A stretch of DNA of 64,000 bases, from NCBI GenBank assembly GCA_965223005.1, contig CBDCVK010000010.1:1568001-1632000 (forward strand), read 5' to 3'. The first letter of the stretch is position 1. The number at the start of each line of letters is the position of its first letter. Below the pieces are notes generated by a model. It was not told the origin of the DNA, did no database searches, and was given only the letters and a program-made list of their open reading frames with translations. Made by a program: the position numbers and the translations under genes. Source of the stretch: Terriglobia bacterium. GTDB taxonomy: Bacteria; Acidobacteriota; Terriglobia; JAJPHL01; JAPKYU01. Of the stretch, positions 9,982-19,152 are shown piece after piece.

Positions 9982-11493
9982 TCAGAAAACCATAAACGGT
10001 ACCCGTGGTCTAGCCATCGCGCCCACCAGCGCCCCAGCAGCGGCGTTTGCCAGGTCATCATGCCCGCCTGGGCCGTGGTCCACGGTGTCCCTTCCGATCC
10101 GGGAAGTCCGGCGCTCCAGAGAGCGCAGTTGCGCCAAGAGTCGAATGTTGTCCAGTAGCTCTACCTTGCCGCTGTTGATGGCGGGCAGAAGTTCCAGGTA
10201 AAGCTCGCTTTTGGTCTTGTCCGCCGGTTTGTACTCGATTCCGTGCTTTCGGAATTGCTCCCTGGGCCATTCGCCACCGTACCTGTCACCAGTTACCGTA
10301 CTCAGGCGGTAAGCCTTGAGTACTCCGGCAAACTCAGAGGCAACGGCCTCTGGCGAAAACGGCGGTTTCTGTTCCCTCACCACGTCTAGAACCGCCGTCC
10401 CGTTCTCGCTGTGAGCTATTGCCAAGGTCATACTGTCCTGGCTGCCACCAGAGGGGTCAACAAAGCCGAAGTATCTGACTTTGGAAACACGAGGAAGCTC
10501 ATACCTTCCATCGACTACCACAGCCCCAACCGCCTCCGCAGAAACAAAGCCCTCAATATCACGCCGGAATTGGGCGCCGTATTCTGCCTCTGCTGCTGAT
10601 TCATCCTGCGCATAGGCTTCTGCGATCACCTGTTCGTCAACCGATGGATTCATGCTGCGAGTGTCAGCATGCCAGACCAGCACCGGGTCTCCGTCTTGGC
10701 CGTAGTGCCGCCGGTAGGCTTCCCATAAAGCCCCGCGCCTTGCGTAGGGCGAAGAGATGCACAACAGCAGGGCATCGGGAACCGTCGCCATGCCGGGGCG
10801 TAGCCCGTTCAGGATTTCCGTGTCGGGATTGGCTGAGTCTTCCGAGCGCCAGAAGGCAATTTCATCGCAGATGGCCCCAATCACCGTGTAACCCCGCACG
10901 GCCCGGAAGTTCGCCGTGTGAACTTCGATGGTCACGCAATTGGTAAGGTGGATCGTCTCTCTCGTCCTGGACTCCACCATTTGCACCAGCATGGACACGC
11001 CGTCCAGTAAACCAGCGATGTAGCCAAAGACATGCCGCGCTTGTTTTCTGTCGGCGGCAATCACCATCACAGTTCCTCGCTCGCCCGGGGCCAAGATCTT
11101 TCGGTAATCGCGAAAGCAAGCCAAGAACACCGCTACCAGCGCCGCAATGCGGCTCTTGCCCCCGCGCCTGCCTACCACTAGCCAAGCTTCCCTGGTGGGC
11201 AATTCTGGAGCCGACGTGCGGCGAGTATGCTGCCGGTATATTCTCAGGTCGGCCCTGTGGATCGGCAAGCCAAACAACGTCGACAAGAAACCTTTCCAGA
11301 CGTCCCAGCTTTTACCCTGGAACCACGGGCCGAACAGGGCCTGATCCCGCGTCGCGTCTAGGATTGTCAGACCGCTTTTCACTGCCCGCCACTTCGCAGG
11401 ACCCAAGCTTCTTTTCTGCATCGTGGGGAGCAGTATGCCCTTGGCAATCCACGCCTCACCCGTTTTCTGAGCGCGGCTCCACAGTTCCGACAC
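9982..11493 (-). CDS. Phage terminase large subunit-like protein
   Basis: Walker A 'GRRGGKS', Walker B 'ICDEIAF', coupling motif 'ISSP', and RNase H-like acidic residues 'FVDPSGG..D' and 'HDD'. Start uncertain. Confidence 0.85.
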   Translation of the reverse strand: MSELWSRAQKTGEAWIAKGILLPTMQKRSLGPAKWRAVKSGLTILDATRDQALFGPWFQGKSWDVWKGFLSTLFGLPIHRADLRIYRQHTRRTSAPELPTREAWLVVGRRGGKSRIAALVAVFLACFRDYRKILAPGERGTVMVIAADRKQARHVFGYIAGLLDGVSMLVQMVESRTRETIHLTNCVTIEVHTANFRAVRGYTVIGAICDEIAFWRSEDSANPDTEILNGLRPGMATVPDALLLCISSPYARRGALWEAYRRHYGQDGDPVLVWHADTRSMNPSVDEQVIAEAYAQDESAAEAEYGAQFRRDIEGFVSAEAVGAVVVDGRYELPRVSKVRYFGFVDPSGGSQDSMTLAIAHSENGTAVLDVVREQKPPFSPEAVASEFAGVLKAYRLSTVTGDRYGGEWPREQFRKHGIEYKPADKTKSELYLELLPAINSGKVELLDNIRLLAQLRSLERRTSRIGRDTVDHGPGGHDDLANAAAGALVGAMARPRVPFMVF

Positions 11494-11563
11494 TTCTCCC
11501 CATCTACCCTAGAACGTTTTGGAAAACGTTCTAAGGCCCCTGTCACATGCTCCCCACTGGCTA

Positions 11564-12100
11564 CTACCTTTCTGGAAGCCGGGCGGGCTGCCGGGGGCGA
11601 TAGGAGGATTGACGCCCCCTATCCCCCCTTCGCCCACCCAAGCGTGGATTTCCCTCCGATTTGCTCTCAAGTTCGGGCTTGGCACTCCTCTTCCCCTGAT
11701 AATTCTCCGCGATGTATTGAGCCAGCGCCGGGATCGGCTTCGTCTTTCGCTCTAAACCAAGCTGCCCCAGGATGCGGGCCAGCGAATCAACAAGCTGTTG
11801 GCGCTCTCGCAGCACCGGCAGGACCGACTTGCGCTTCCGGTTCACCAGAGACTCTTGCTCCATAATCCAGGCGTCCAGACTGTCCACATACAGCCGCGTC
11901 CTGACCGTCATGTCCACCAAGGCCATTTGCTGGGCGCTGACATCCTCCTCCCCGCCCAGGTCCGCGAGAAGTTCACGCCGCCAGGCAACAAGGGCCTGAG
12001 CCGCCGCCGTCCGCCGATCAATTGCCTGGAGTCCCCGTACCTTCACCTGGGCCTTCAGGGCGTTCAGACCATGCCTGGAGTAGGGTCTGCGGTCGGTCAT
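11564..12100 (-). CDS. Hypothetical protein, terminase small-subunit position
   Basis: Basic helical protein directly upstream of and co-oriented with terL; N-terminal 'RHGL'. Function inferred from position only. Confidence 0.55.
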   Translation of the reverse strand: MTDRRPYSRHGLNALKAQVKVRGLQAIDRRTAAAQALVAWRRELLADLGGEEDVSAQQMALVDMTVRTRLYVDSLDAWIMEQESLVNRKRKSVLPVLRERQQLVDSLARILGQLGLERKTKPIPALAQYIAENYQGKRSAKPELESKSEGNPRLGGRRGDRGRQSSYRPRQPARLPER

Positions 12101-12139
12101 GACACATCCCCACCGGTAGAGATTCCTCCGGCGCCGTGG

Positions 12140-12330
12140 CGTGAGGCCAAGTGGGGTGAGACCAAAAGGTGGGTAAGCTGTTGAACCGCTAGCAGCAGTT
12201 CTTTTGCTTCCGGCCCCGGAGCGAGACAGAAAGTTCGATACGTGTCAACGAAGGGGAGCCAATCCTTTCAAGGACTTACATCAGAACTGTCTTAAGGCTC
12301 GTGGTAGACTGTAGCGGAAACTGTAGCGGG
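12140..12330. other. Putative integrase attachment-site remnant
   Basis: Direct repeats GTGAG(G/A)CCAA x2 and CTGTAGCGG x2 flank two opposed IHF-like boxes (TAAGCTGTTGAAC, TTTCAAGGACTTA). Confidence 0.4.
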
Positions 12331-12786
12331 TGCGTGCTGCTTCGGTCCCTCCATGGCTGCCAGCCTGCCCCTTCTCAAGCTGCTGCCTAACGCGGCTGGA
12401 TCGTTCATTTTTTCTGCTCACCCATATTATCCACTCGCTCTCCCGGGCGCTTTCCGGGACGATCTAATGCCCCCACGCATGCCCTCTAGCGGAAGCGTGC
12501 GACCCCACCTGGGCCAATTCTGCTCGAAAGACGCCCATTCCTCGTCTCGAACTCGCCGCTTGGCGCTTTTCTTCTCCTTGGGGGAGCAATTCAATGAATC
12601 GCTGATAAACATTGGGATTAGGCCGAGCCACTATTCGTTAGTCGCAAATCAGGAAACACCAGGGAAAGTAACATAGTTTTCGCTTCCATCACAGGGGGTG
12701 GGGGTTGCGCTATCTCACAATTCTTGCCAGCTGGAGGACAAATCCAACTATTTACTGGAGCGCAAGAACTCTTTCCTGAAGGATAA

Positions 12787-12852
12787 GTAAACGCTAAACG
12801 ACTTGTGGGAACCTAGCCATTGAATCTGAGGCAAGCGGCTTCTACTCAGAGA
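12787..12852 (-). repeat. Multi-subsite repeat, copy 5 (C+A, inverted)
   Basis: Reverse complement reads TCTCTGA-N11-TTGCCTCAGA-N8-CTAGGTTCCCAC-AAGTCG-TTTAGCGTTTAC, with the same spacing as copy 4. Confidence 0.85.
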
Positions 12853-13019
12853 GTTGCAGCCCAATCAAGCTAACAGCTCGAACACGGCTGCGGCTGAGAG
12901 TGAAAACCCCACCGAAACCGAACTCTTTTTTCGATTCGTTGCGCTGAAGCAGGAGGTGGAGAGGCCTCGCTACTTTGATTTCCATATGAGCCGCGCTGGT
13001 TCTGCTTTCGCCAAGTAGT

Positions 13020-14270
13020 TTACAGCGCCGCACGAAGTGCCGGCGACTCGCGCAGGTCAAAGTGGGGATTGATCTCGACTGCGCGCTGCAGGTATTCCTT
13101 ACCGCTCTCAGTTTCTCCGGCTTTCTGGAAAATCTTACCTGCGTGGTAGTAGAGGCGGGCGTCCTGGGTGCCTAACCGCAGTGCCTGGCCTATGGCCGCC
13201 GTGGCTTCCTCGATGAGCCCGGCCTTGTAGGCAGCCCAGGCCAGGGTGTCGAAGGCGGCGATGTCGCGGGCGGTGCGCAGGTCCTGGCGCATCCAGTCAA
13301 GCGCCAGGGCGAGGTTTCGGTCGTGGTCCGCGTAGAAAGTAGCCAACTCATGCCGTGCCATGTCACCCTGGTCCAGCAATAACCGCTCGGCGCGGCGGTA
13401 CTCGCGTTCGGCCGCTCGCGCCTGGCCGCGCCGACTGTAGATATCTCCAAGTAGAATGTGCGCGTTGGGGGCGGCCCAGCGGGTCGCACGCCGGACCAGG
13501 CGGATCGCCTCCTGGTCGCGGCCGCGGGCGGCGCTCACCCGCGCGCGCCCCACCAAAGCTAGTTGAGAATCGGACCAGGCGCCGAGCGCCTGGTCGTAGG
13601 CGTGTTGTGCCGCGTCCAAGTCGCCGCCGCGGAAGTACAGGTCTCCCAGTTGAGTTAGGCACCAGGACAGGTTCTCCGGGTCGCGCGGGCTGGCGGCGCG
13701 AACAGCCAGCTTCATGATCTCGATGGCGCCGGGGCGGTCTCCTAGCAGTTCGCGCAGGTGGGCTGCGCGGCTGTAGGAGGCGACGTCGGGACGTAATTCG
13801 ACCATGCGCTGGAAGGCCTCAGCGGCGACATCGTAGTCACCCAGTTCGAGGTAGGCATCGCCCAAGGTGCCATAGTTCCAGGCGTCGTTCGGTTGCATCG
13901 CCTGCGCTTTGCTGGCCCAGGCCAGCGACTCTTGGAAGCGGTGCTGCCCGGCCAGGACCCAGGCCATCATTTTGGTGGCTGCATAATGATTGGGCTCCAC
14001 CGCCAGGGCCCGTTCGGCGGCCTGCTGCGCCTTGCTGTACCACTGCTGGCCGCCGGCGGCGCGCGCCTTCCGCATGTAGGCGCCGGCGAGATCGGAAAGC
14101 AGATCGGTGTCATTGCCTACCTTCGCCAATCTTCGCTTCAAGATGGAGATGCGCTGCTCAATGTCGGGCGGAACAGAGGGCTGGCTGTCGCCGGCGGGGC
14201 GCGTCATCAAGAGGGCGCCCGAAAACAAGCCGAGCAGAAAAACCACGATGTAGAAACGTCTTCCAAACAT
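13020..14270 (-). CDS. Exported TPR protein (DUF4331-associated)
   Basis: N-terminal TM/signal segment and many TPRs; last gene of the operon after DUF4331. Confidence 0.85.
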   Translation of the reverse strand: MFGRRFYIVVFLLGLFSGALLMTRPAGDSQPSVPPDIEQRISILKRRLAKVGNDTDLLSDLAGAYMRKARAAGGQQWYSKAQQAAERALAVEPNHYAATKMMAWVLAGQHRFQESLAWASKAQAMQPNDAWNYGTLGDAYLELGDYDVAAEAFQRMVELRPDVASYSRAAHLRELLGDRPGAIEIMKLAVRAASPRDPENLSWCLTQLGDLYFRGGDLDAAQHAYDQALGAWSDSQLALVGRARVSAARGRDQEAIRLVRRATRWAAPNAHILLGDIYSRRGQARAAEREYRRAERLLLDQGDMARHELATFYADHDRNLALALDWMRQDLRTARDIAAFDTLAWAAYKAGLIEEATAAIGQALRLGTQDARLYYHAGKIFQKAGETESGKEYLQRAVEINPHFDLRESPALRAAL

Positions 14271-14272
14271 GG

Positions 14273-15793
14273 TTACAGAGAAGGGTTGGCATGGACCCGG
14301 TCGCGTCCCGAATGCGGGGACGCCTGGTAAGGAAACGTTTCCAGGTACGGCCTGTCATTGGCATTAATCCCGTCGCCCACTGCTGGCGGTGAGAAGCCCT
14401 CGACCAGCACTCCCATCACCGCGCGGAGCACAATGTCGACGACGTCATCGCTGACGCGCCGGCCGTTCGGGTAGCCAGCGCCGTCGGCGGCAAGCCCTCC
14501 CAAGCGCCTGCGGGCGGAGGCGTCGGTAGGCGAAACGGCCACGTTCAGCCTCAGCAGGTCGGCGATGGGCCCCGGCGTGTCACCTGGATACTGAAGCAGC
14601 AAGCTGGCCAGGTCGTTGCGTGGGGGCGGGGGAGCGGGGACGCCGAACACCGCGTCCACCAAGCGGGCCAGCAGCGGGTCCAGGCCGAAGCTGGCATAGC
14701 TGGAATCGTTCTTCGGCTCGTCCTGGCTCCACATGTCCTTGAAGCCTGTGCCAATGACCAGCTCGTTGATCAACGGATTCCCCATGCGCTGCACCTGCTT
14801 GAAGCTGCCGAAGGAAATGGGCTTGCCGAGCGTCGGCCGGACGGTCACCAACGGGCGGGCCGTGGTGCCCCAGGTGCCGATGACCGCCGTAGGATCGCTC
14901 GCCGATGTCGGCGTCATTCCCGAGCTGGTCAGCATGCTGATCGGCGCTTCGATGGCGATCGACTGCACGTTAAACCCGGCGAGCATGTCGATGCCAAAAG
15001 CGTTCGTCGTGTCGTCATCGTCCTGGCCTGCACTCAGCACCGGCGTGGCGCGGAAGTTCAGAGAATCGAATGTCGCGCCGAGGTCAATGTAAAAGCCGTC
15101 GTCGCGCTGCCCGGCGAAAACGCGAACGCCGTCTCCCAGGTCATACATTCCCTGGGCGGCGAGCTGGTCGTAGTCGGGCATGGTGAGCGGGCCCACATTG
15201 GAAGGCACGGCAAAGAGGGCGCCGCCGGCGGCGGGGGTCAGCAAAGTGCGCGTAGCAGTAATGCCAGAGCCGCGCACCAGGGTCACCGAATAACTCTGCC
15301 GCAGGTTCAAACCCTCAGAACCGGGGCCGTCCAACGCGGTGATGGCGGGCGGCACCAGCGGATCACCCGGCGAGAAGGGTGGGGCTGTGCCGGCCGGGGC
15401 AGGAATGCCGTCGCCGGCGCCCACCAGACCCACGACCACATCGGGCGCGCGCACCTCGGTCGTGAACTGAACCTCGAAGGTCACATCCTCGATCGCGTCC
15501 CGGTTGTTGTCCACCTTAAACGAGTACAGCACATCTTCGCCAAAGGTGAAGTAGTTGGGACCCAGGCTGGGATCCTCCAGAGGGACCACGTTCATGATCA
15601 TGGTGACCTTGGTGGGATCGTCATAGCTGACGAAGGCAAACCAGTCCGTAATATCCGCCACCGGGTCCTGAGAGATCAGCGGGGCTTCACGGTGACTGGC
15701 GGCCTGCGCGTCCCGCCTGCTGGTCGGAACCAACGGCCCGAGCACCAGCGTCACCACCAGGATGGCCACGACACATGACAGAAACGTTCGCAT
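14273..15793 (-). CDS. DUF4331 domain secreted protein
   Basis: Signature motifs 'ASHREAPLISQDP.ADITD', 'VFAGQRDDGFYIDLG', 'RMGNPLINE' and 'GYPNGRR..DDVVD'. GGAG RBS before ATG 15793. Confidence 0.9.
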   Translation of the reverse strand: MRTFLSCVVAILVVTLVLGPLVPTSRRDAQAASHREAPLISQDPVADITDWFAFVSYDDPTKVTMIMNVVPLEDPSLGPNYFTFGEDVLYSFKVDNNRDAIEDVTFEVQFTTEVRAPDVVVGLVGAGDGIPAPAGTAPPFSPGDPLVPPAITALDGPGSEGLNLRQSYSVTLVRGSGITATRTLLTPAAGGALFAVPSNVGPLTMPDYDQLAAQGMYDLGDGVRVFAGQRDDGFYIDLGATFDSLNFRATPVLSAGQDDDDTTNAFGIDMLAGFNVQSIAIEAPISMLTSSGMTPTSASDPTAVIGTWGTTARPLVTVRPTLGKPISFGSFKQVQRMGNPLINELVIGTGFKDMWSQDEPKNDSSYASFGLDPLLARLVDAVFGVPAPPPPRNDLASLLLQYPGDTPGPIADLLRLNVAVSPTDASARRRLGGLAADGAGYPNGRRVSDDVVDIVLRAVMGVLVEGFSPPAVGDGINANDRPYLETFPYQASPHSGRDRVHANPSL

Positions 15794-15842
15794 GTTCAAT
15801 TCTCCTTTTCCTTCTCCACTGGTTTCACTGACCAGCGTGGTT

Positions 15843-17051
15843 TCACTGAATGGTGACTTGCACCGTGTTGCTGACTTGGCCCTCGGAGCTGACCACCAGA
15901 TCCACGGTTCCCCGGCCGGCAAATTCCTCCGGCAGAAGGACGTTGATCTGGTCCAACCCGACAAAGACAGGATGGCTGCCACCGAATTCCACCGGGACTG
16001 GGACTCCGTCCAAGGTGACCTGGAGCGACTCGGCCACGTTCACCAGGGTTCTGCCTTCGGCAAGCGGAATGTCGTTGGTCGGGTCCGTGTTCGGGAGATT
16101 GCGGATGCCGGTGAGGAAGATGGCCAGCCGTGTACGCTTGTCCTCACCCGGGTTTTCCGGAGTGGTGACTGCGAAGGGCCCTCGCTCAAACGTGACCCCG
16201 TTCAAAATGGATCCCAGGCCACTTCCGGAAGCATCCTCGGTGAAGATGGCCGGCGACGCCGCCTGTACCTCAACCGTCCCGGTGGCGACGGCGCCGTTGT
16301 TTCCCGTCACCACGACCTCAGCAGTCCCCGCGGCGATTTCTAACGGCATGAGGAAGTTCACCTGGTTGGCGGAGGCGAAAAAGAGTTGCGCCAGCTGACC
16401 GCCGACCAGGACGGTGACCCCAGCCAGCGCGAGCGGAAGCTGCCCCTCCTCGTCAAACATGCCGGTCGCCGAGGAGCCACTGACGGCGAGGCTGGTGAAG
16501 ATGGTGGCTACGCTGTCTTGGGCGATCGGCCCGCGGTAATCCGGGGCGCGCACCGCGGTGGCCCCACCTGCGGCCGCACCTTGCAAAGCAGCGAGTTGCG
16601 GCGCGGTGAGATTCTCCAGGCCTCCCCGGAGGGCGTCGATCGCCGCGGCCGTCACGTTTCCTGCCGACCCCAGTCTCACCAAGAAGGCTTCTTGCAGTTC
16701 CCCTGTACCGTTCCGCGCCAGCGATTGCGCTGCCGCCGCCAATAGGGCCTGGAGGCCTGCCAGCGCCGGTGCGACCGTGTCGCCACCGGCCTGCTGGATC
16801 TCCTCCTCGAAGGCCAGTCGGCTGGCGGCCACGATGAACTGCAGGTCGTCAATTTCGACGGCGGCATCTGCCATGGTGAGCTTTCCGGTGACCAGATCCA
16901 CCAAAATGGTCTCAATGCGGTCTGCCACATACTGAAACAGAGCGTCGGGGCCCGCCGTGGCTGGCTGCGCTTGGGCGCGGGCCGTACCAGACAAGCTCAG
17001 CACCAGTATCAGCACTGGCACCAGCGCTGCAGCCGCGATTCGCTTGTTCAT
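15843..17051 (-). CDS. Secreted protein with TIGR03437-type C-terminal domain
   Basis: 'LPLALAGVTVLVGGQLAQLFFASANQVNF..PAIFT..FVGLDQINV..SNTVQVTIQ' is typical of the Solibacter C-terminal domain family; signal peptide present. Confidence 0.8.
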   Translation of the reverse strand: MNKRIAAAALVPVLILVLSLSGTARAQAQPATAGPDALFQYVADRIETILVDLVTGKLTMADAAVEIDDLQFIVAASRLAFEEEIQQAGGDTVAPALAGLQALLAAAAQSLARNGTGELQEAFLVRLGSAGNVTAAAIDALRGGLENLTAPQLAALQGAAAGGATAVRAPDYRGPIAQDSVATIFTSLAVSGSSATGMFDEEGQLPLALAGVTVLVGGQLAQLFFASANQVNFLMPLEIAAGTAEVVVTGNNGAVATGTVEVQAASPAIFTEDASGSGLGSILNGVTFERGPFAVTTPENPGEDKRTRLAIFLTGIRNLPNTDPTNDIPLAEGRTLVNVAESLQVTLDGVPVPVEFGGSHPVFVGLDQINVLLPEEFAGRGTVDLVVSSEGQVSNTVQVTIQ

Positions 17052-17082
17052 CGTCGTCTTTTCTCCTACCGGGTCTTGTCTC

Positions 17083-17505
17083 CTACCAATTGCGCAGAAG
17101 CTCCTCCCGCAACCGCTTTGCTTCCTCCGGGGTGAGCTGCCCTAGCTTGCTGATGAAATCCACGGCACTCTGAACCTGCCCTGCTACGGGGATCATGGGC
17201 TTGGGCTGATACACCACTTTCGGGCCAGCGCGGTCGCGGCGGTGCAGGATGATTACCTTGCCCCCGCCCAACACGTAGTAGTCCACCGGCCAGCCCTCGA
17301 CCATCCGCCGCACGGCCCGCACCGGCTCCTCGTCTTGCAGTCGCACGGTCAGCTTGAGATCGGAAAAGTCGCCTTGCATCTCCAGGCGGCTGCCCAGCCG
17401 CCCGGCCAGCGCCTTCATGGCTTCCGGGAGCGGCACCGCCGTGGCGACCAGAGACACCTTTCCACCCACCAGCGCCAGCGCCAAGCCCATGGCGGCAATC
17501 CACAT
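17083..17505 (-). CDS. Small exported hypothetical protein
   Basis: Hydrophobic N-terminus; first gene after an ECF-type promoter; co-oriented with the operon. Confidence 0.65.
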   Translation of the reverse strand: MWIAAMGLALALVGGKVSLVATAVPLPEAMKALAGRLGSRLEMQGDFSDLKLTVRLQDEEPVRAVRRMVEGWPVDYYVLGGGKVIILHRRDRAGPKVVYQPKPMIPVAGQVQSAVDFISKLGQLTPEEAKRLREELLRNW

Positions 17506-17524
17506 CTCTTGCCTCGGGGATATA

Positions 17525-17551
17525 TACGGGGAAGACAGCAGAATCGGATTG
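17525..17551 (-). promoter_or_regulatory. ECF (SigK-like) promoter CAATCC-N16-CCGTA
   Basis: Matches the motif upstream of the sigma gene and resembles the CCATCC/CCGAA SigK consensus. Confidence 0.65.
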
Positions 17552-17580
17552 CGGATTTCGGCAGGAAGTGGGCTGTCGTT

Positions 17581-18387
17581 TTATTGGAGGGGCACTGTGA
17601 GGAGGATTTGTCCGGTTGGGGCCGGCACGCCGCCCGGGGGCTCGTCACTGACGGCAATGGCCCGGAGGGAAGCGACCTCGATCGGTTGCTTCCACAGGTG
17701 GAAGGCGTTGCCTTCCGCATCCGGCTCGAAGACGCCGGCGGGAATTGGGGCGGGACGCCCGGCAGCGATCAGCCACAGCTCGTAGACGCGGCCGGGCGGC
17801 GGCGGCGGAAAGTCGGTAGCGAGCAGGACTAACCCGCCAGGCTGCAGGAAGATGCGCCCGGAAGGCTGCTGCGGGCCGAAACGGACCTCGCGTGCCTCGG
17901 GCGCCGTCATCAGACGCATGGCCTCGCGAAAGGCACCCAGACGCTGCAACAACTCTCGCTCGCGCTCCTGCAGAATTCGAGCGCTGGTTTCCGAGGATTG
18001 CAAATCGGCTTCCAGCGAACGGCCTTGCCGAAACAGACCAGCGGCGACGATCAGCAACGCAATGGCCGCAATGGCGCCGGCCGCAAACGCCCACCTCCAG
18101 AACGCCAACTTGCCAGGGGACACCCTCTCCAACTGCGGTCCAGCCTGGCGCAAGCTCGCAGCGGCTTTCAGGATGTCTGCGCGCAACCGAGCTGGCGGCT
18201 CGGCCGGCGGCACGGCTAGGGCCAGATGGGCAGCCAGCTCCCGTGCCTGAGCAACACCTGCTGCGCAGGTGGTACAGCCCTTGGCCAGATGTGCCTCAAT
18301 CTCGGCCCCGACAGTGGCGCGCTCTTCCGGCTCCAGCGTCCCGAAGACGTAGAGTTCGTAGCCGTGCTGGAGTTCTTCGCAGGTCAT
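17581..18387 (-). CDS. Anti-sigma factor, RskA-like with zf-HC2
   Basis: 'HLAKGCTTC' ZAS motif, a TM helix, and C-terminal 'VYELWLI..AIAVSDEPPGGVPAPTG'. Overlaps the sigma stop codon. Confidence 0.9.
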   Translation of the reverse strand: MTCEELQHGYELYVFGTLEPEERATVGAEIEAHLAKGCTTCAAGVAQARELAAHLALAVPPAEPPARLRADILKAAASLRQAGPQLERVSPGKLAFWRWAFAAGAIAAIALLIVAAGLFRQGRSLEADLQSSETSARILQERERELLQRLGAFREAMRLMTAPEAREVRFGPQQPSGRIFLQPGGLVLLATDFPPPPPGRVYELWLIAAGRPAPIPAGVFEPDAEGNAFHLWKQPIEVASLRAIAVSDEPPGGVPAPTGQILLTVPLQ

Positions 18388-18938
18388 GGCTTGAGCGTCT
18401 CGCGCAGCGCCTTCAGACCGCTGCGAGTCCAGGTCTTCACCGTTCCCAGCGGCTGGTTCAGCCGCGTTGCAATCTCGCTCTGTGTGAAGCCCTCGTAGTA
18501 GGCCATCTCGATCACTCTGCGCTGCGGCTCGGGCAGCGTGGCCAGCACCCGGCCCACTCGTTCGGCCGTCTCCAGGCTGCAGTGCGTGTGCGGGGAAGCT
18601 GGTGGCGCTTGGTCTTTCAAGGGCACGGATGCCGCGGCATCACGCTGCTGACGAGACCGTAACCGGTCAATGGCCCGATTCCGGGTGAAGGTGAGCAGCC
18701 AGCCGAGCAACTCGCCGCGCGATGGGTCGAAGGAGCCCGCCCGACGCCAGAGCTGGAGGAACACGTCCTGGGTGACTTCCTCGGCAACGCTGGGGTCTCC
18801 GACCACGCGCAAGGCCAGGGCAAACACCAGGCGCCCGTAGCGGTCATAGAGGCGACCCAGGGCCTGCTGATCGCCGCGCGCGGCGGCCGCTACGTCGGCC
18901 TGGTCGGTCTCTCCTTTACGGGCAACCGCCAGCGCCAT
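18384..18938 (-). CDS. ECF RNA polymerase sigma factor (SigK-like)
   Basis: Region 2 'AEEVTQDVFLQLW' and region 4 'EGFTQSEIATRLNQPLGTVKT'. Start placed at 18938 because the ATG at 18968 lies inside the promoter. Confidence 0.92.
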   Translation of the reverse strand: MALAVARKGETDQADVAAAARGDQQALGRLYDRYGRLVFALALRVVGDPSVAEEVTQDVFLQLWRRAGSFDPSRGELLGWLLTFTRNRAIDRLRSRQQRDAAASVPLKDQAPPASPHTHCSLETAERVGRVLATLPEPQRRVIEMAYYEGFTQSEIATRLNQPLGTVKTWTRSGLKALRETLKP

Positions 18939-18947
18939 AACTAAGAA

Positions 18948-18974
18948 TACGGCGGGAGCGGCAGCCATGGATGG
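18948..18974 (-). promoter_or_regulatory. Autoregulatory ECF promoter CCATCC-N16-CCGTA
   Basis: Read directly on the minus strand; the -10 element lies 9 nt before ATG 18938. Confidence 0.7.
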
Positions 18975-19152
18975 GCAAGGGTATCATGTCTCGGTGGGCT
19001 CGCGATGAAGCCCGGTTACCCTGATCACGCCATAACGCCTCGCTGCGATCGGAAAGTGGCGGAGCAGCGAAAATTTGCCAGCCGGAGCGCTAGCCGCCGG
19101 TGGAGGGCATCAGTCCCCCAAGCTGCCGTGCTGCTAGACTGTCCACAGGACA

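Noticed and set aside
9982-12100. Complete prophage
   Set aside because: No portal, capsid, tail, lysis or integrase genes nearby.
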